Positions 8,840 to 18,815 are shown, counted from the first letter of the stretch. The stretch is 20,408 bases of DNA from Nitrospira japonica (GCA_020725385.1 DYFC01000024.1:1-20408), one strand, 5' to 3'. Numbers and translations are program-made. The notes: a model not told the origin generated them from the letters alone.

Positions 8840-9264
8840 TGTGCGCAATATCCCCTAATCTCCAATGTATGACTTTGGCCTTCAAAACCTTGTTTTTTGC
8901 ATATTTTCTCTTGTAATTTCTCGAGTTCGTCGGAATAAAATTCGATCACTTTCCCGCATTCAATACAATGCATATGGTCATGGTGCTTGATTCCATAAGT
9001 ACATTCATATATTGTACCTTTGTCTGTTTTTCCAACTATACTTATAAAGCCGCTTTTATGTAATAGGGTAAGTGTTCTATAAACAGAAGCCCGTGAAACT
9101 TTTAGTCCTGTTTGTCTTATCTGAAGATATAAAGAATCAGGATCAAAATGTCCGGCACATGACAATATTCTGTTAAGAACCACTGAACGCTCATTCGTCA
9201 AGCGTTGTCCGTGTTCTTTTAAAAAATTCGTAAAATCTTTTTTGCCCTTATTTAAATCTATCAT
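8818..9264 (-). CDS. fur: Fur family transcriptional repressor
   Basis: RLT.ER, VSRASVYRTL, HHDHMHC..CG...EF, C-terminal GYC..C. Directly upstream of and overlapping feoB. Confidence 0.92.
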   Translation of the reverse strand: MIDLNKGKKDFTNFLKEHGQRLTNERSVVLNRILSCAGHFDPDSLYLQIRQTGLKVSRASVYRTLTLLHKSGFISIVGKTDKGTIYECTYGIKHHDHMHCIECGKVIEFYSDELEKLQEKICKKQGFEGQSHTLEIRGYCAQCRKNMK

Positions 9265-9268
9265 AATA

Positions 9269-9287
9269 ATTGAGATTGAGTCTCAAT
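9269..9287. promoter_or_regulatory. Fur-box-like palindrome ATTGAGA-N5-TCTCAAT
   Basis: Perfect 7-bp inverted repeat with a 5-bp spacer, 4 nt upstream of the fur ATG. Resembles the deltaproteobacterial Fur box geometry (TGAAA-N5-TTTCA). Confidence 0.7.
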
Positions 9288-9290
9288 AAC

Positions 9291-9320
9291 AATATAATAC
9301 TTTTTACAATATTTTGTCAA
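9291..9320 (-). promoter_or_regulatory. Sigma70-type promoter for fur-feoB
   Basis: Minus strand TTGACA (9320-9315), 18-nt spacer, TATATT (9296-9291). Confidence 0.5.
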
Positions 9321-9429
9321 ATAAATTTTCAGTACTTGAATTTTACATTTTTGAAGAATTTATGCTATGGTTATCTTTCAGGAAAAGTATTATATTCTTC
9401 CTTAAGAAAAAGGGTTTGGAGGTTAATTT

Positions 9430-10620
9430 ATGATTAGTAAAATAGTGCTTGCATATTCGGGAGGTCTTGATACCTCAGTTGCGATAAAGTGGCTTAAAGA
9501 AAAATTTAAAGCAAAAATTATAGCTTTCTGCGCTGATTTAGGACAGGGAGAAGATCTTGAGGAAGTAAGAAAAAAAGCGATAAAAACTGGCGCATCAAAA
9601 GCCTATATTGAAGATTTGCGTGATGAATTCGTAAAAGATTATATATTTCCCATGCTGAGGGCAAATGCTGTTTATGAAGGAACTTATCTGCTTGGCACTT
9701 CAATTGCAAGGCCATTGATTGCAAAAAAACAAATTGAGATAGCAAAAAAAGAAAATGCTGAGGCTGTTGCTCATGGAGCTACAGGAAAAGGCAATGACCA
9801 GGTAAGGTTTGAACTTACTTATTACGCTTTACAGCCTGATATTAAAGTCCTGGCTCCATGGCGTGAATGGCCTTTTGATTCAAGAAGATCGCTAATTGAG
9901 TATGCAGAAAAAAACGGGATACAAGTTACTGCAACAAAGGAGAAACCTTACAGTATTGATAGAAATCTTTTTCATATAAGTTATGAGGGCGGGATACTTG
10001 AGGATCCATGGAAAGAACCTCCTTCGGATATGTTTACAATGATAACACCTCCTGAAAAGGCTCCTGACAAGCCAGTCTATATTGAAATTTCATATGAAAA
10101 AGGGAATCCTGTTGCTATAGATAACAAACGCATGTCACCGGCAAAGTTACTTGAAAAACTAAATTTAATCGCGGGCAGTCATGGTATAGGCAGGGTAGAT
10201 GTAGTTGAAAATAGATATGTTGGGATTAAGTCAAGAGGAGTTTATGAAACACCCGGTGGAACAGTATTGCATATTGCACACAGAGCTATTGAATCAATTA
10301 CGCTTGATAGAGAAATAATGCATCTAAAAGACTCCCTTATAACCAAATACTCGGAACTTGTTTATTATGGATATTGGTTTTCACCCGAACGCATTGCTTT
10401 GCAAAACATGATTGATAATATCCAAAAGGATGTTACAGGTATAGTCAGGTTGAAACTTTACAAAGGCAATTGTTATGTGACAGGAAGAAAATCACCTTAT
10501 TCTCTTTATAACACAAAACTTGCAACCTTCGAAAAAGAACAGGTTTACAATCAAAAAGATGCAGAAGGTTTTATTAAAATCAATGCCTTGAGGTTGAAAC
10601 TTCCAAAATTCAGGTCATAA
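9430..10620 (+). CDS. argG: Argininosuccinate synthase
   Basis: [53 protein letters not shown] upstream. Confidence 0.98.
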   Translation: MISKIVLAYSGGLDTSVAIKWLKEKFKAKIIAFCADLGQGEDLEEVRKKAIKTGASKAYIEDLRDEFVKDYIFPMLRANAVYEGTYLLGTSIARPLIAKKQIEIAKKENAEAVAHGATGKGNDQVRFELTYYALQPDIKVLAPWREWPFDSRRSLIEYAEKNGIQVTATKEKPYSIDRNLFHISYEGGILEDPWKEPPSDMFTMITPPEKAPDKPVYIEISYEKGNPVAIDNKRMSPAKLLEKLNLIAGSHGIGRVDVVENRYVGIKSRGVYETPGGTVLHIAHRAIESITLDREIMHLKDSLITKYSELVYYGYWFSPERIALQNMIDNIQKDVTGIVRLKLYKGNCYVTGRKSPYSLYNTKLATFEKEQVYNQKDAEGFIKINALRLKLPKFRS

Positions 10621-10621
10621 T

Positions 10622-11707
10622 ATGTCTGATTTAAAATATTGGCTTGCGCTTATAATGACTTCAGATATCGGTCCTATAAGAGCAAAAAAACTTCTTACAG
10701 TTTTCAAGAATCCTAAGAAAATATTTGATGCAGATTTCAAAGATTTGTCCGAAATTGACGGGATTAGTCAGAAAGCTGCAAAAAAAATAGTTTCTTTTTC
10801 TGAATGGGATATTGTAGAAAAATATATCAATATTATTAATGAAAAGAATATAAAAACAATTTGTATAAATGATTCAAATTACCCGGTTCTTCTGAAAGAA
10901 ATAAGCGATGCTCCTGTTGTTTTGTTTATTAGAGGTGATATAATGCCAAATGACAGATTCTCTCTGGCAATTGTTGGTTCAAGAAAAATGACATCCTATG
11001 GGGCATTGGTAGCCGAAAGATTTTCAGAAGAATTGTCATCAATTGGTTTGACAATTATAAGCGGAATGGCAAGAGGAGTTGATTCGATTGCCCATAGAGG
11101 AGCGATAAAAGCAAATGGGAGAACTATAGCAGTTCTTGGCTCGGGCGTCGATGTTGTTTATCCTCCAGAAAATAAAAATCTTTTGGAAAAGATAGTAGAA
11201 CATGGTTGCATAATAAGTGAGTTCTTACCGGGAACAGACCCTGATAAAGAGAATTTTCCAAAACGAAACAGGCTTATAAGCGGCCTTTCTCTCGGTGTAC
11301 TTGTTGTTGAAGCTGTATATGATAGCGGCGCATTAATTACAGCAAGATTTGCTAATGAATATGGAAGAGAAGTTTTTGCTATTCCAGGTGCGATTACTTC
11401 CAAAACCTCAGAAGGAACAAATAACTTGATTAAAGAAGGTGCGATGCTTGTACAGAAACCTGATGACATAATTAAGGAACTCGCTCCGGTATTAAAAGGT
11501 TTTATAAAAACAGAAAATAAAGTAAAGATTGAACTTAGTAATGACGAAAAGATATTATGTAGTCTGCTTTCTGGTGAACCCAGACAGATTGATGATATAG
11601 CGCGTCAGAGCAGTTTTCCTGCATCAAAAGTGCTCGGAATACTTCTCGGGCTGGAACTCAAGGGTATTGTTAAACAAATTACTGGAAAGAGGTTTTATTT
11701 AGCATGA
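10622..11707 (+). CDS. dprA: DNA-processing protein DprA (Smf)
   Basis: AIVGSR, ISGMARGVD..AH, FP.RNRLISGLS, SGALITA, GREVFAIPG, C-terminal winged helix. Canonical position before topA. Confidence 0.97.
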   Translation: MSDLKYWLALIMTSDIGPIRAKKLLTVFKNPKKIFDADFKDLSEIDGISQKAAKKIVSFSEWDIVEKYINIINEKNIKTICINDSNYPVLLKEISDAPVVLFIRGDIMPNDRFSLAIVGSRKMTSYGALVAERFSEELSSIGLTIISGMARGVDSIAHRGAIKANGRTIAVLGSGVDVVYPPENKNLLEKIVEHGCIISEFLPGTDPDKENFPKRNRLISGLSLGVLVVEAVYDSGALITARFANEYGREVFAIPGAITSKTSEGTNNLIKEGAMLVQKPDDIIKELAPVLKGFIKTENKVKIELSNDEKILCSLLSGEPRQIDDIARQSSFPASKVLGILLGLELKGIVKQITGKRFYLA

Positions 11708-13974
11708 ATAATCTTGTGATAGTTGAATCTCCTGCCAAAGCAAGGACAATCAATAAAATTCTTGGCAAGGAATTTATTGTAAAAGCATCAATTGGCCATA
11801 TTAAAGATTTGCCTGAAAATGATCTGGGAGTTGATATTGAAAACAGCTTTGAGCCCAAATATGTGGTCATACCGGGCAAAGAAAAAATAATTAAAGAACT
11901 CAAAAAAGCCTCGAAAGAGGCTGATAAAGTTTTTCTTGCTCCTGACCCTGACAGAGAAGGCGAAGCTATTGCATGGCATATAGCAACAGAAATTGCAGAA
12001 AAAGAAAAACCACCAATCAATGAAAAGATTTATAGAATAATTTTCAATGAAATAACCGAAAAGGCTGTAAAAGAAGCAATTAAGAAACCTGAAAAAATTG
12101 ATATGAAAAAAGTAGATGCCCAGCAGGCACGCAGAGTGCTTGACAGGCTTGTTGGATACGGACTCAGCCCTTTGTTATGGAAAAAAATAAGAAGAGGATT
12201 AAGTGCCGGGAGGGTTCAATCTGTAGCCGTAAGGCTTATCGTAGAAAGAGAGCGAGAGATTAATGAATTTAAATCCGAAGAATACTGGAGTATTATCGCT
12301 GATTTTGAAGGCTCTGTAAAACCTGCTTTCCAGGCAAAACTCTCAAAAATTTTAAAAGAAAAATCAGAGCAAAAGTTTCTTGTTCCAAACAGTGAAAAAG
12401 CAAACAAAATAGTCTCGGATTTGAAAAATAGTCTTTTTATATTAAGCAACATAGAGAAAAAACATAGAAAGAGGATGCCTTATCCTCCCTTCATAACAAG
12501 CACACTTCAGCAGGAAGCTGTAAGGAAACTTAAATTCACAGCTAAAAAAACTATGATGGTAGCACAGGAACTTTATGAAGGTATTGAACTTGGCGGAGAA
12601 GGTTTTGTCGGATTAATAACCTATATGAGAACTGATTCATATCGTGTAGCGCCAGAGGCTCAGAAATGGGCAAGGGAATTAATAGCTAAAAATTTCGGAA
12701 GGGATTATGTACCTGAGAAGGCTCCTGTTTATAAAAGTAAGGATACAGCGCAGGAAGCACATGAAGCCATCAGACCAACTTATGCTGATAAAAATCCAGA
12801 GATCGTTAAACCATTTCTTACAAAAGACCAATATGCCCTTTATTCATTAATCTGGAAAAGATTTATCGCAAGCCAGATGTCGCCTGCTCAACTTGATCAG
12901 ACAACTTTTATTATTAATGACGATAAAGAAAATTATGAATTCCGTGCCACCGGTACTGTTATACGTTTTGACGGTTTTATGGCGCTTTATACAGAAGGTA
13001 AAGATGAGATTGAGGAAGAGGAAGGGTTTACGCTACCGGCATTAAAAGAAGGTGAATCTTTAAGACTTCTAAAAATACAGCCAAAGCAGCATTTTACACA
13101 GCCTCCGCCGCGTTATACTGAAGCAACACTTGTTAAAACTCTTGAAGAAAAAGGCATTGGCAGGCCAAGCACATATGCAACGATACTTTCTACAATTCAG
13201 GATAGAAAGTATATCTTGAAGACAGACGGAAAATTTTATCCGACTGAACTTGGAATTTTAGTAAATGATTACCTTGTCGAAAAATTTCCCGAACTATTGA
13301 ATGTTAATTTTACAGCAAAAATGGAAAATGAACTTGACCTGATTGAAGAAGGAAAAATGAAGTGGGTAAAAGTAATAAATGATTTTTTCAAGCCCTTTAA
13401 AAAAGGGCTTTCTGAAGCAGTAAAATCAACAGATACTGTTAAACCAAAAGATATACCTACCGATATTACCTGCGAAAAATGTGGCAAAGCAATGGTTATA
13501 AGATGGGGAAGACATGGAAGATTCTTAGCCTGTACCGGATTTCCGAGATGTAAAAATACAAAACCTCTGTCCGGAAATGGAGATAACGGACAATTAGAAG
13601 AACAAAATGTTCATAAAACAGATGAAAAATGCGAAAAATGCGGTTCACCCATGGTATTAAAAAAAGGAAGATACGGGAATTTTCTTGCATGCTCCAGATA
13701 CCCTGAATGTAAAAACGCAAAGCCTCTATCAACTGGCGTTAAATGTCCCGAAGATGGTGGAGATATTGTAGAAAGACGTTCAAAAAGAGGGCGTATTTTC
13801 TGGAGTTGCAGTAATTACCCGAAATGTAAATTTGCATCATGGAACAAACCTTTTCAGCAAGAATGTCCGAAATGCAAAGCCAGAATACTTTATCAAAAAA
13901 AGGACAAAAATGGTGAGATAATAATTTTCTGTAAAAATAAAGATTGTGGATATAAAGATACACTAAAAGAATAA
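11704..13974 (+). CDS. topA: DNA topoisomerase I (type IA) with C-terminal zinc ribbons
   Basis: IVESPAKA, DPDREGEAIAWH, SAGRVQS, LITYMRTD, AQEAHEAIRPT, GIGRPSTYA, four Cys-rich ribbons. Confidence 0.98.
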   Translation: MNNLVIVESPAKARTINKILGKEFIVKASIGHIKDLPENDLGVDIENSFEPKYVVIPGKEKIIKELKKASKEADKVFLAPDPDREGEAIAWHIATEIAEKEKPPINEKIYRIIFNEITEKAVKEAIKKPEKIDMKKVDAQQARRVLDRLVGYGLSPLLWKKIRRGLSAGRVQSVAVRLIVEREREINEFKSEEYWSIIADFEGSVKPAFQAKLSKILKEKSEQKFLVPNSEKANKIVSDLKNSLFILSNIEKKHRKRMPYPPFITSTLQQEAVRKLKFTAKKTMMVAQELYEGIELGGEGFVGLITYMRTDSYRVAPEAQKWARELIAKNFGRDYVPEKAPVYKSKDTAQEAHEAIRPTYADKNPEIVKPFLTKDQYALYSLIWKRFIASQMSPAQLDQTTFIINDDKENYEFRATGTVIRFDGFMALYTEGKDEIEEEEGFTLPALKEGESLRLLKIQPKQHFTQPPPRYTEATLVKTLEEKGIGRPSTYATILSTIQDRKYILKTDGKFYPTELGILVNDYLVEKFPELLNVNFTAKMENELDLIEEGKMKWVKVINDFFKPFKKGLSEAVKSTDTVKPKDIPTDITCEKCGKAMVIRWGRHGRFLACTGFPRCKNTKPLSGNGDNGQLEEQNVHKTDEKCEKCGSPMVLKKGRYGNFLACSRYPECKNAKPLSTGVKCPEDGGDIVERRSKRGRIFWSCSNYPKCKFASWNKPFQQECPKCKARILYQKKDKNGEIIIFCKNKDCGYKDTLKE

Positions 13975-14021
13975 ACTTGACATAGTAAAAAGACACAAAA
14001 TAATACAATATTTAAATAATA

Positions 14022-14549
14022 ATGAAACCATTCATAATAGGAATCGCTGGAGCACATAGCGGTTCGGGTAAAACAATCGTAGCCTGCGAGATATTAAGAA
14101 AAATAAAAGGTTTGTCTGCTATAAAATACACAAAATCATCTCTATATTCTTCTATTATTGATAATCCTCTAATATTATCCGAAAAAGGCAAAGATACTGC
14201 CAGAATGCTTAAAGCAGGAGCAGAAAAAGTTCTCTGGATTCAATCACCACCGGAAGAATTGACATCTTTAATAAATATTGCTATAAGTATGCTGACTGGC
14301 TGTAAAGGTATAGTTATAGAAGGTAATAGTGCTGTAAAAGCAGCAAATCCTGATATCTTGATTTTTATTTCACGTGATATAAAAAAAATTAAACCCGGGG
14401 CTGATATTTTAATGAAAAAAGCAAATATCTTAATTTACAACGGGACTGACATTCCCGATAATCTTCATAATAAAAATAAGTTTACCATTGGTGATATAGA
14501 TGGCTATATGAAATCTTTGAAGAATTTATTGAGTAAAATAGAAATCTAA
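14022..14549 (+). CDS. P-loop NTPase, MobB-like hypothetical protein
   Basis: IIGIAGAHSGSGKT Walker A, GKDT.R...AGA..V (MobB-like), IVIEGNS. Confidence 0.7.
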   Translation: MKPFIIGIAGAHSGSGKTIVACEILRKIKGLSAIKYTKSSLYSSIIDNPLILSEKGKDTARMLKAGAEKVLWIQSPPEELTSLINIAISMLTGCKGIVIEGNSAVKAANPDILIFISRDIKKIKPGADILMKKANILIYNGTDIPDNLHNKNKFTIGDIDGYMKSLKNLLSKIEI

Positions 14550-14653
14550 TATATAATCAACCTATATTGCAATTTTAAAATAAAAAATGCTGGGCTGTTC
14601 CCTGATTCAATCGGGGGGTATGGAAATTTTATTCATATAAAATGGAGGTTAAA

Positions 14654-15244
14654 ATGAAAAAGGGTGTATTTACAATATGTTTTATCTGTCTTCTTATTCC
14701 TCTTATTTCGTTTGCAGGCACTCCGCTTGATTCTGTAAAAGCACAAATTAATAAAGTTCTCGATGTATTGCGTGATCCTTCATTAAAAGGTGAAGCAGGC
14801 AAAAAAACAAAAAAAGCAAAAATTAGACATATTTCTGATAGCTTTTTTGATTATACAGAACTTTCAAAGAGAACTCTCGGGCAAAATTGGAGCAAATTAA
14901 ATGCCCAACAACAGGAAGAATTTATCAGTCTATACAAGCAAATTCTTGAAGATGCATATGCTGATAAAATCGTAACATATACAGACGAAAAGGTGAATTT
15001 TGGTAAAGAAACTCAATTAACCGAAAAGACCGTTGAAGTTCAGACTGTGGTCTTAACTAAGAAAGCTGATATACCAATAAACTATAGAGTTATTCAAAAA
15101 GGTGATGAATGGAAAGTTTACGATGTTGTTATTGAAGGAGTCAGCTTGATAAGCAATTATAGAACTCAGTTTAGAGAAATACTCTCCAATAAAACTCCTG
15201 AGGCTTTGCTCGAAACCTTACGTAAAAAGGTGGGAAAAGCTTAA
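14654..15244 (+). CDS. mlaC: MlaC/Ttg2D family periplasmic phospholipid-binding protein
   Basis: Signal peptide, FD...S.RTLG..W, WKVYDVVIEGVSLISNYRTQF. GGAGGT RBS favours ATG 14654 over 14642. Confidence 0.88.
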   Translation: MKKGVFTICFICLLIPLISFAGTPLDSVKAQINKVLDVLRDPSLKGEAGKKTKKAKIRHISDSFFDYTELSKRTLGQNWSKLNAQQQEEFISLYKQILEDAYADKIVTYTDEKVNFGKETQLTEKTVEVQTVVLTKKADIPINYRVIQKGDEWKVYDVVIEGVSLISNYRTQFREILSNKTPEALLETLRKKVGKA

Positions 15245-15267
15245 ATACTATATAGGGAGGGATAATA

Positions 15268-16155
15268 ATGAAAACCTTATCCTTTGTTTCAATGTTATTA
15301 CTTTTTCTGTTTTGCTTTTCTACTCAATCATACCCTGAAACTTTATCTTCTTCTGAAGCAAAAATTACCCAGCCTGTTGACATTTCAAATCCTCAGGAAT
15401 CAGAACAAGAAATCAAATTAAATGCTACGGAAGTAAAATCAGGGACTATAAAGGCTGAAACATCACCAGAAAATGCAAAAAAAACCGGGAACTTTGTTCA
15501 AGAGACTTCTAAACAAGAAGTAATTGAAGAAGAAGAAAAAGATGAAACAGTTAAGATAGCAGATCCTCTTTATCCCTGGAATAAGGCAATGTATCATTTT
15601 AATGACAAACTTTATTTCTGGGTTTTAAAACCTGTTTCACAAGGATATTCAACAGTATTACCTGAAGATATGCGCATTGCTGTAAGTAATGCTTTTTATA
15701 ATATTACAACACCCGTTCGTTTTGTAAGTAGTGTACTACAATTAAAAATAAAAGATTCTGTCAATGAATTGATCAGGTTGCTATATAATTCCACAGCAGG
15801 AGTGCTCGGGCTTGTTGATGCTGCAAAAGAAGATTTGAGCATTTCAAGGAAAGAAGAAGATTTAGGACAGGTTTTAGGTTCATATGGAATAGGGCATGGT
15901 TTTTATATAGTCTGGCCATTTATTGGCCCGTCTTCCTTAAGAGATACTTTTGGAAAGATAGGAGATGGCTTTCTTGACCCTGTAAATTATGTCAGCCCTG
16001 TTGAATCATCATTAGGTATAACAGCTTATGACAAAGTAAATACTGTATCCTTACATATAGGAGATTATGAAGACCTTAAAAAATCAGCAATAGACCCGTA
16101 TGTATCAATAAGAGACGCTTACACTCAATATAGAAAGAAAAAAGTAGAGGAATAA
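15268..16155 (+). CDS. mlaA: MlaA/VacJ family protein
   Basis: DPL..WN..MYHFND, NST.G..GL.D, EDLGQ.LG.YG...G.YIVWPFIGPSSLRD, DPY..IRDAY.Q.R. Confidence 0.9.
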   Translation: MKTLSFVSMLLLFLFCFSTQSYPETLSSSEAKITQPVDISNPQESEQEIKLNATEVKSGTIKAETSPENAKKTGNFVQETSKQEVIEEEEKDETVKIADPLYPWNKAMYHFNDKLYFWVLKPVSQGYSTVLPEDMRIAVSNAFYNITTPVRFVSSVLQLKIKDSVNELIRLLYNSTAGVLGLVDAAKEDLSISRKEEDLGQVLGSYGIGHGFYIVWPFIGPSSLRDTFGKIGDGFLDPVNYVSPVESSLGITAYDKVNTVSLHIGDYEDLKKSAIDPYVSIRDAYTQYRKKKVEE

Positions 16156-16168
16156 AGTTCTTCTGTAT

Positions 16169-16559
<391 letters not shown>

Positions 16560-16653
16560 AATTCAATCACTAATGCCGCAAGTACTGCTAAACAGAGTAG
16601 CTTAATTGAATACTATCCTCCATTCTCACTCAATTAGCATATCTTGCTTCAAG

Positions 16654-16923
16654 TCACTTCTTTTTTTTATAAATATTACCTCTTAACCCGATCTCAACAA
16701 TATTTACTCTTAAATCGGCTTCAACTACCTGATATATAATTCTTATTTTCCCTGTGCGATATCTCTAAAGTCCTTCAAGTTTTCCGACCAGTTTCTTTAT
16801 GTTAACGTTAACAAAAGGATTTATTTCAAGTGAATCAATTGCTTTGTTAATCCTTTTTTGATTTTGTACGGATTGTTTTTCATAAAAATCTATAGCCCTG
16901 TCCGCAAGAATAACTTCATACAT
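16654..16923 (-). pseudogene. RelE/ParE family toxin pseudogene (nonsense codon 53), module 2
   Basis: MYEVILADRAIDFYEKQSVQNQKRINKAIDSLEINPFVNVNIKKLVGKLEGL*RYRTGKIRIIYQVVEADLRVNIVEIGLRGNIYKKKK*. TAG at 16767-16765 where RelE proteins have an aromatic residue (L-Y/W-R-x-R-x-G). Confidence 0.85.
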
Positions 16924-17148
16924 TTTTTCTTACATTTCTCCAAGTTTTAAACCTCTTAGCCTTAATGTCTTCAATCCCAGCCTTTATTCCTTTTAGCAAC
17001 CTTTCATCAGCAAGAATCTCTTGAGTAGCTTCTATTTCTTCTTTATGAGCAAGATATTCGACAAAATCAATAACCTTTATAAGTTTACCTTTGGGCAACT
17101 TGTTTATTTTGTCAAAAGCTCTTTTTTTAGTTCTGCTGTTGCAGGCAT
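16916..17148 (-). pseudogene. Antitoxin (DUF2281-like N-terminus) with a 1-nt frameshift in an A7 tract, module 2
   Basis: GGAGG RBS and ATG 17148 give MPATAELKK, then the frame is lost. Adding one A restores RAFDKINKLPKGKLIKVIDFVEYL...WRNVRKNV. The ORF track shows only the 16916-17098 part. Confidence 0.7.
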
Positions 17149-17372
17149 TATCAAACCTCCTTATGAAGTTTTATAAATCTATTATATCCTATTTTTTCAG
17201 AAAAACATTCCTTTAAATATTACAAATAATTTCAGCTACCTACGATATTATTACCATCTTCCAGCAATACTGGATCCTGTCTTCAGGACAAGATTATTTC
17301 AGCATCTACAGTATTTATGAGACATTATGGCATTATCTGCACTTTTCGGGTAACCGTTGCCCGCCTTGCTTC

Positions 17373-17428
17373 AAGGTAATTTATTTGCTTTGCCTTGAAA
17401 CTCATCAGGGCAGTCAGTAGATTATCTG
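17373..17428. repeat. Degenerate direct repeat, copy A
   Basis: 44/56 ungapped identity with 19811-19866, including the exact 19-mer AAGGTAATTTATTTGCTTT. Confidence 0.85.
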
Positions 17429-17507
17429 TGTTCTGTTAGCTATAGTTAATATCTTTATGATAAAATTGTAAAGTTTGTCCAATATTTTTTTCTTTGGAGG
17501 TTTTGCC

Positions 17508-17729
17508 ATGAAAACGGCGACCGCTACCGCTGAAGTTTTTTTTACAGCTTTCAAAAGTCTTAGCCAAAAAGAAAAGGAGATATTTTTTGAAAAGATTTTT
17601 TCTGATTCAGAACTACGTGAAGATCTTATTGATATAGCTTTGATTGAGAAAGCAAAAAAAGTAAAAGGCAAGCCTGTTTCAGCAAGGGATTATTTTATCA
17701 GACGGCAAAAAGCTAAAGAAGCAGCGTGA
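17508..17729 (+). CDS. Putative antitoxin, module 3
   Basis: GGAGG RBS before ATG 17508. 73 aa with EDL.DIALIE...K...VS..DY, an antitoxin-like acidic C-terminus. GTGA overlap with a RelE-like start. Confidence 0.75.
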   Translation: MKTATATAEVFFTAFKSLSQKEKEIFFEKIFSDSELREDLIDIALIEKAKKVKGKPVSARDYFIRRQKAKEAA

Positions 17730-17795
17730 GCATTTATAATGTTCAAATAATGCCTCAATGTCAAAAAGACCTTGATAGATTTACTGAAAAAAATA
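17726..17795 (+). pseudogene. Truncated RelE-family toxin (about 22 N-terminal codons only), module 3
   Basis: MSIYNVQIMPQCQKDLDRFTEK matches the RelE beta1-alpha1 pattern. The rest of the 67-aa ORF is only the antisense of the DUF5615 gene. Confidence 0.7.
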
Positions 17796-17799
17796 TAAT

Positions 17800-18165
17800 T
17801 TATTCGATTGGTAAGGGACAACGGCGTATTCTATATTTATCAACTACAACTATCGAATTAGATATTTTTTCTTCCTTTATATTATCAAGAACCCTCTTGA
17901 GGAGATCGAGCATTTCCTGTTCATTATAATTTCCGCCTCTGAAAAGAATAATTCCGGGGTCTTTGGAACGGCTTATTGTAAGTAGTTGCGGAAAGTCGAG
18001 ATCGGCTGTAATTATAATTCTTTCATGTTTTCTTGCTTCATTAAGAATATCTTTATCTTTTGTTTTATAAAGTCCAATATCAGAGGCATGAACAGCATCA
18101 TGGCCTTTTTCATTGAGCCATTTTGCCAGTTGCGGAGAGACAGGCATATCAACAAGAAACTTCAT
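17800..18165 (-). CDS. DUF5615 family PIN-like protein (VapC45-like toxin), module 4
   Basis: MKFLVDM.VS..L...L...GHDAVH, D..IL..A....RIIITADLDF, PGIILFR, RIRR..LPI. Confidence 0.9.
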   Translation of the reverse strand: MKFLVDMPVSPQLAKWLNEKGHDAVHASDIGLYKTKDKDILNEARKHERIIITADLDFPQLLTISRSKDPGIILFRGGNYNEQEMLDLLKRVLDNIKEEKISNSIVVVDKYRIRRCPLPIE

Positions 18166-18383
18166 GCAAACTCCATAATCTCCTCATCAGCAAGACATGC
18201 TGCATATCCTAAGGCCTCATTAATGTCCTCGGCTTCAAGATATGGATAAGCTTTCAATATGGATTCTTTTGTCTCACCAGCAGACAAAAGGCCAAGAATC
18301 CGGGAGACAGGAAAACGCAAGCCTCGTATACATGGCTTGCCGGAACATACCTCAGGGTCAACAGTTATTCGTTTAAATTTCAT
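18162..18383 (-). CDS. DUF433 domain protein (antitoxin), module 4
   Basis: RITVDPEVCSGKPCIRGLR.PV..IL..L..G....IL..YP.L...DI..AL.YAA. AGGAGG RBS favours ATG 18383. ATGA overlap with the PIN gene. Confidence 0.92.
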   Translation of the reverse strand: MKFKRITVDPEVCSGKPCIRGLRFPVSRILGLLSAGETKESILKAYPYLEAEDINEALGYAACLADEEIMEFA

Positions 18384-18425
18384 AGACACCTCCTGAAATC
18401 ATTTTAACACAGACAATTTATCTGT

Positions 18426-18815
18426 TCATATGGGATATTTCCATCCCCACTCAACCAGCGTAATTCCCATATAGCAGGCAAGTGTTTAGTAAGCATTGCC
18501 GAGAATGAGGCTGCTTATAAAAATCTTCCAATCTCTTCTACTCATGCCATTAAACTGATGTGCACCTCTTCTCAGATAGGCAGTGGTGATGAAGGGGTCT
18601 AATTTGATTGAGAGAAATAGAAAAATCACTAGCTCGCTTTTTGTGAGAAACCATGCTGTTACCTTACCCAATTTCTTGCTTCCTTCATATCCTTTCAATT
18701 TTTTGATTGCTTCAATTCCCAGCCAGTCCCGCTTTGACCAGTCATAAATGGTCATTGTCAGTATGTTGGCAAGGAAGGCGAGAAACGTCATAATCAAACC
18801 GCCCTTGAGGATATC
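18426..18815 (-). pseudogene. 5'-truncated hypothetical membrane protein pseudogene with internal stop
   Basis: ILKGGLIMTFL...YDWSKRDWLGIEAIK...DPFITTAYLR...GNAY*TLACYMGITLVEWGWKYPI*. The frame stays protein-like past the TAA at 18488-18486. No RBS or start of its own. Confidence 0.6.

Noticed and set aside
10622-13974. dprA as the driver of the TA hotspot
   Set aside because: dprA-topA is a widespread housekeeping arrangement, so proximity is not evidence.
633-14008. Short alternative-frame or antisense ORFs inside DUF72, HD-GYP, kinase, feoB, argG, dprA and topA
   Set aside because: They overlap well-supported genes, and I saw no motifs in their translations.
14590-14630. Small GC hairpin upstream of mlaC as a riboswitch or terminator
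   Set aside because: No recognisable aptamer motif, and the short stem has no adjacent U-tract.
17190-17365. Cys-containing peptides on the minus strand (GNGYPKSADNAIMSHKYCRC, CPEDRIQYCWKMV) as a degraded gene
   Set aside because: Multiple stops and frameshifts, and no family I can recognise. Needs BLASTX.
16643-17375. 11-bp direct repeat CTTGCTTCAAG (16643-16653 and 17365-17375) flanking module 2 as a target-site duplication
   Set aside because: The position is suggestive, but an 11-mer match is expected by chance in a few kb, and near-copies occur inside coding regions (about 18032 and 18707).
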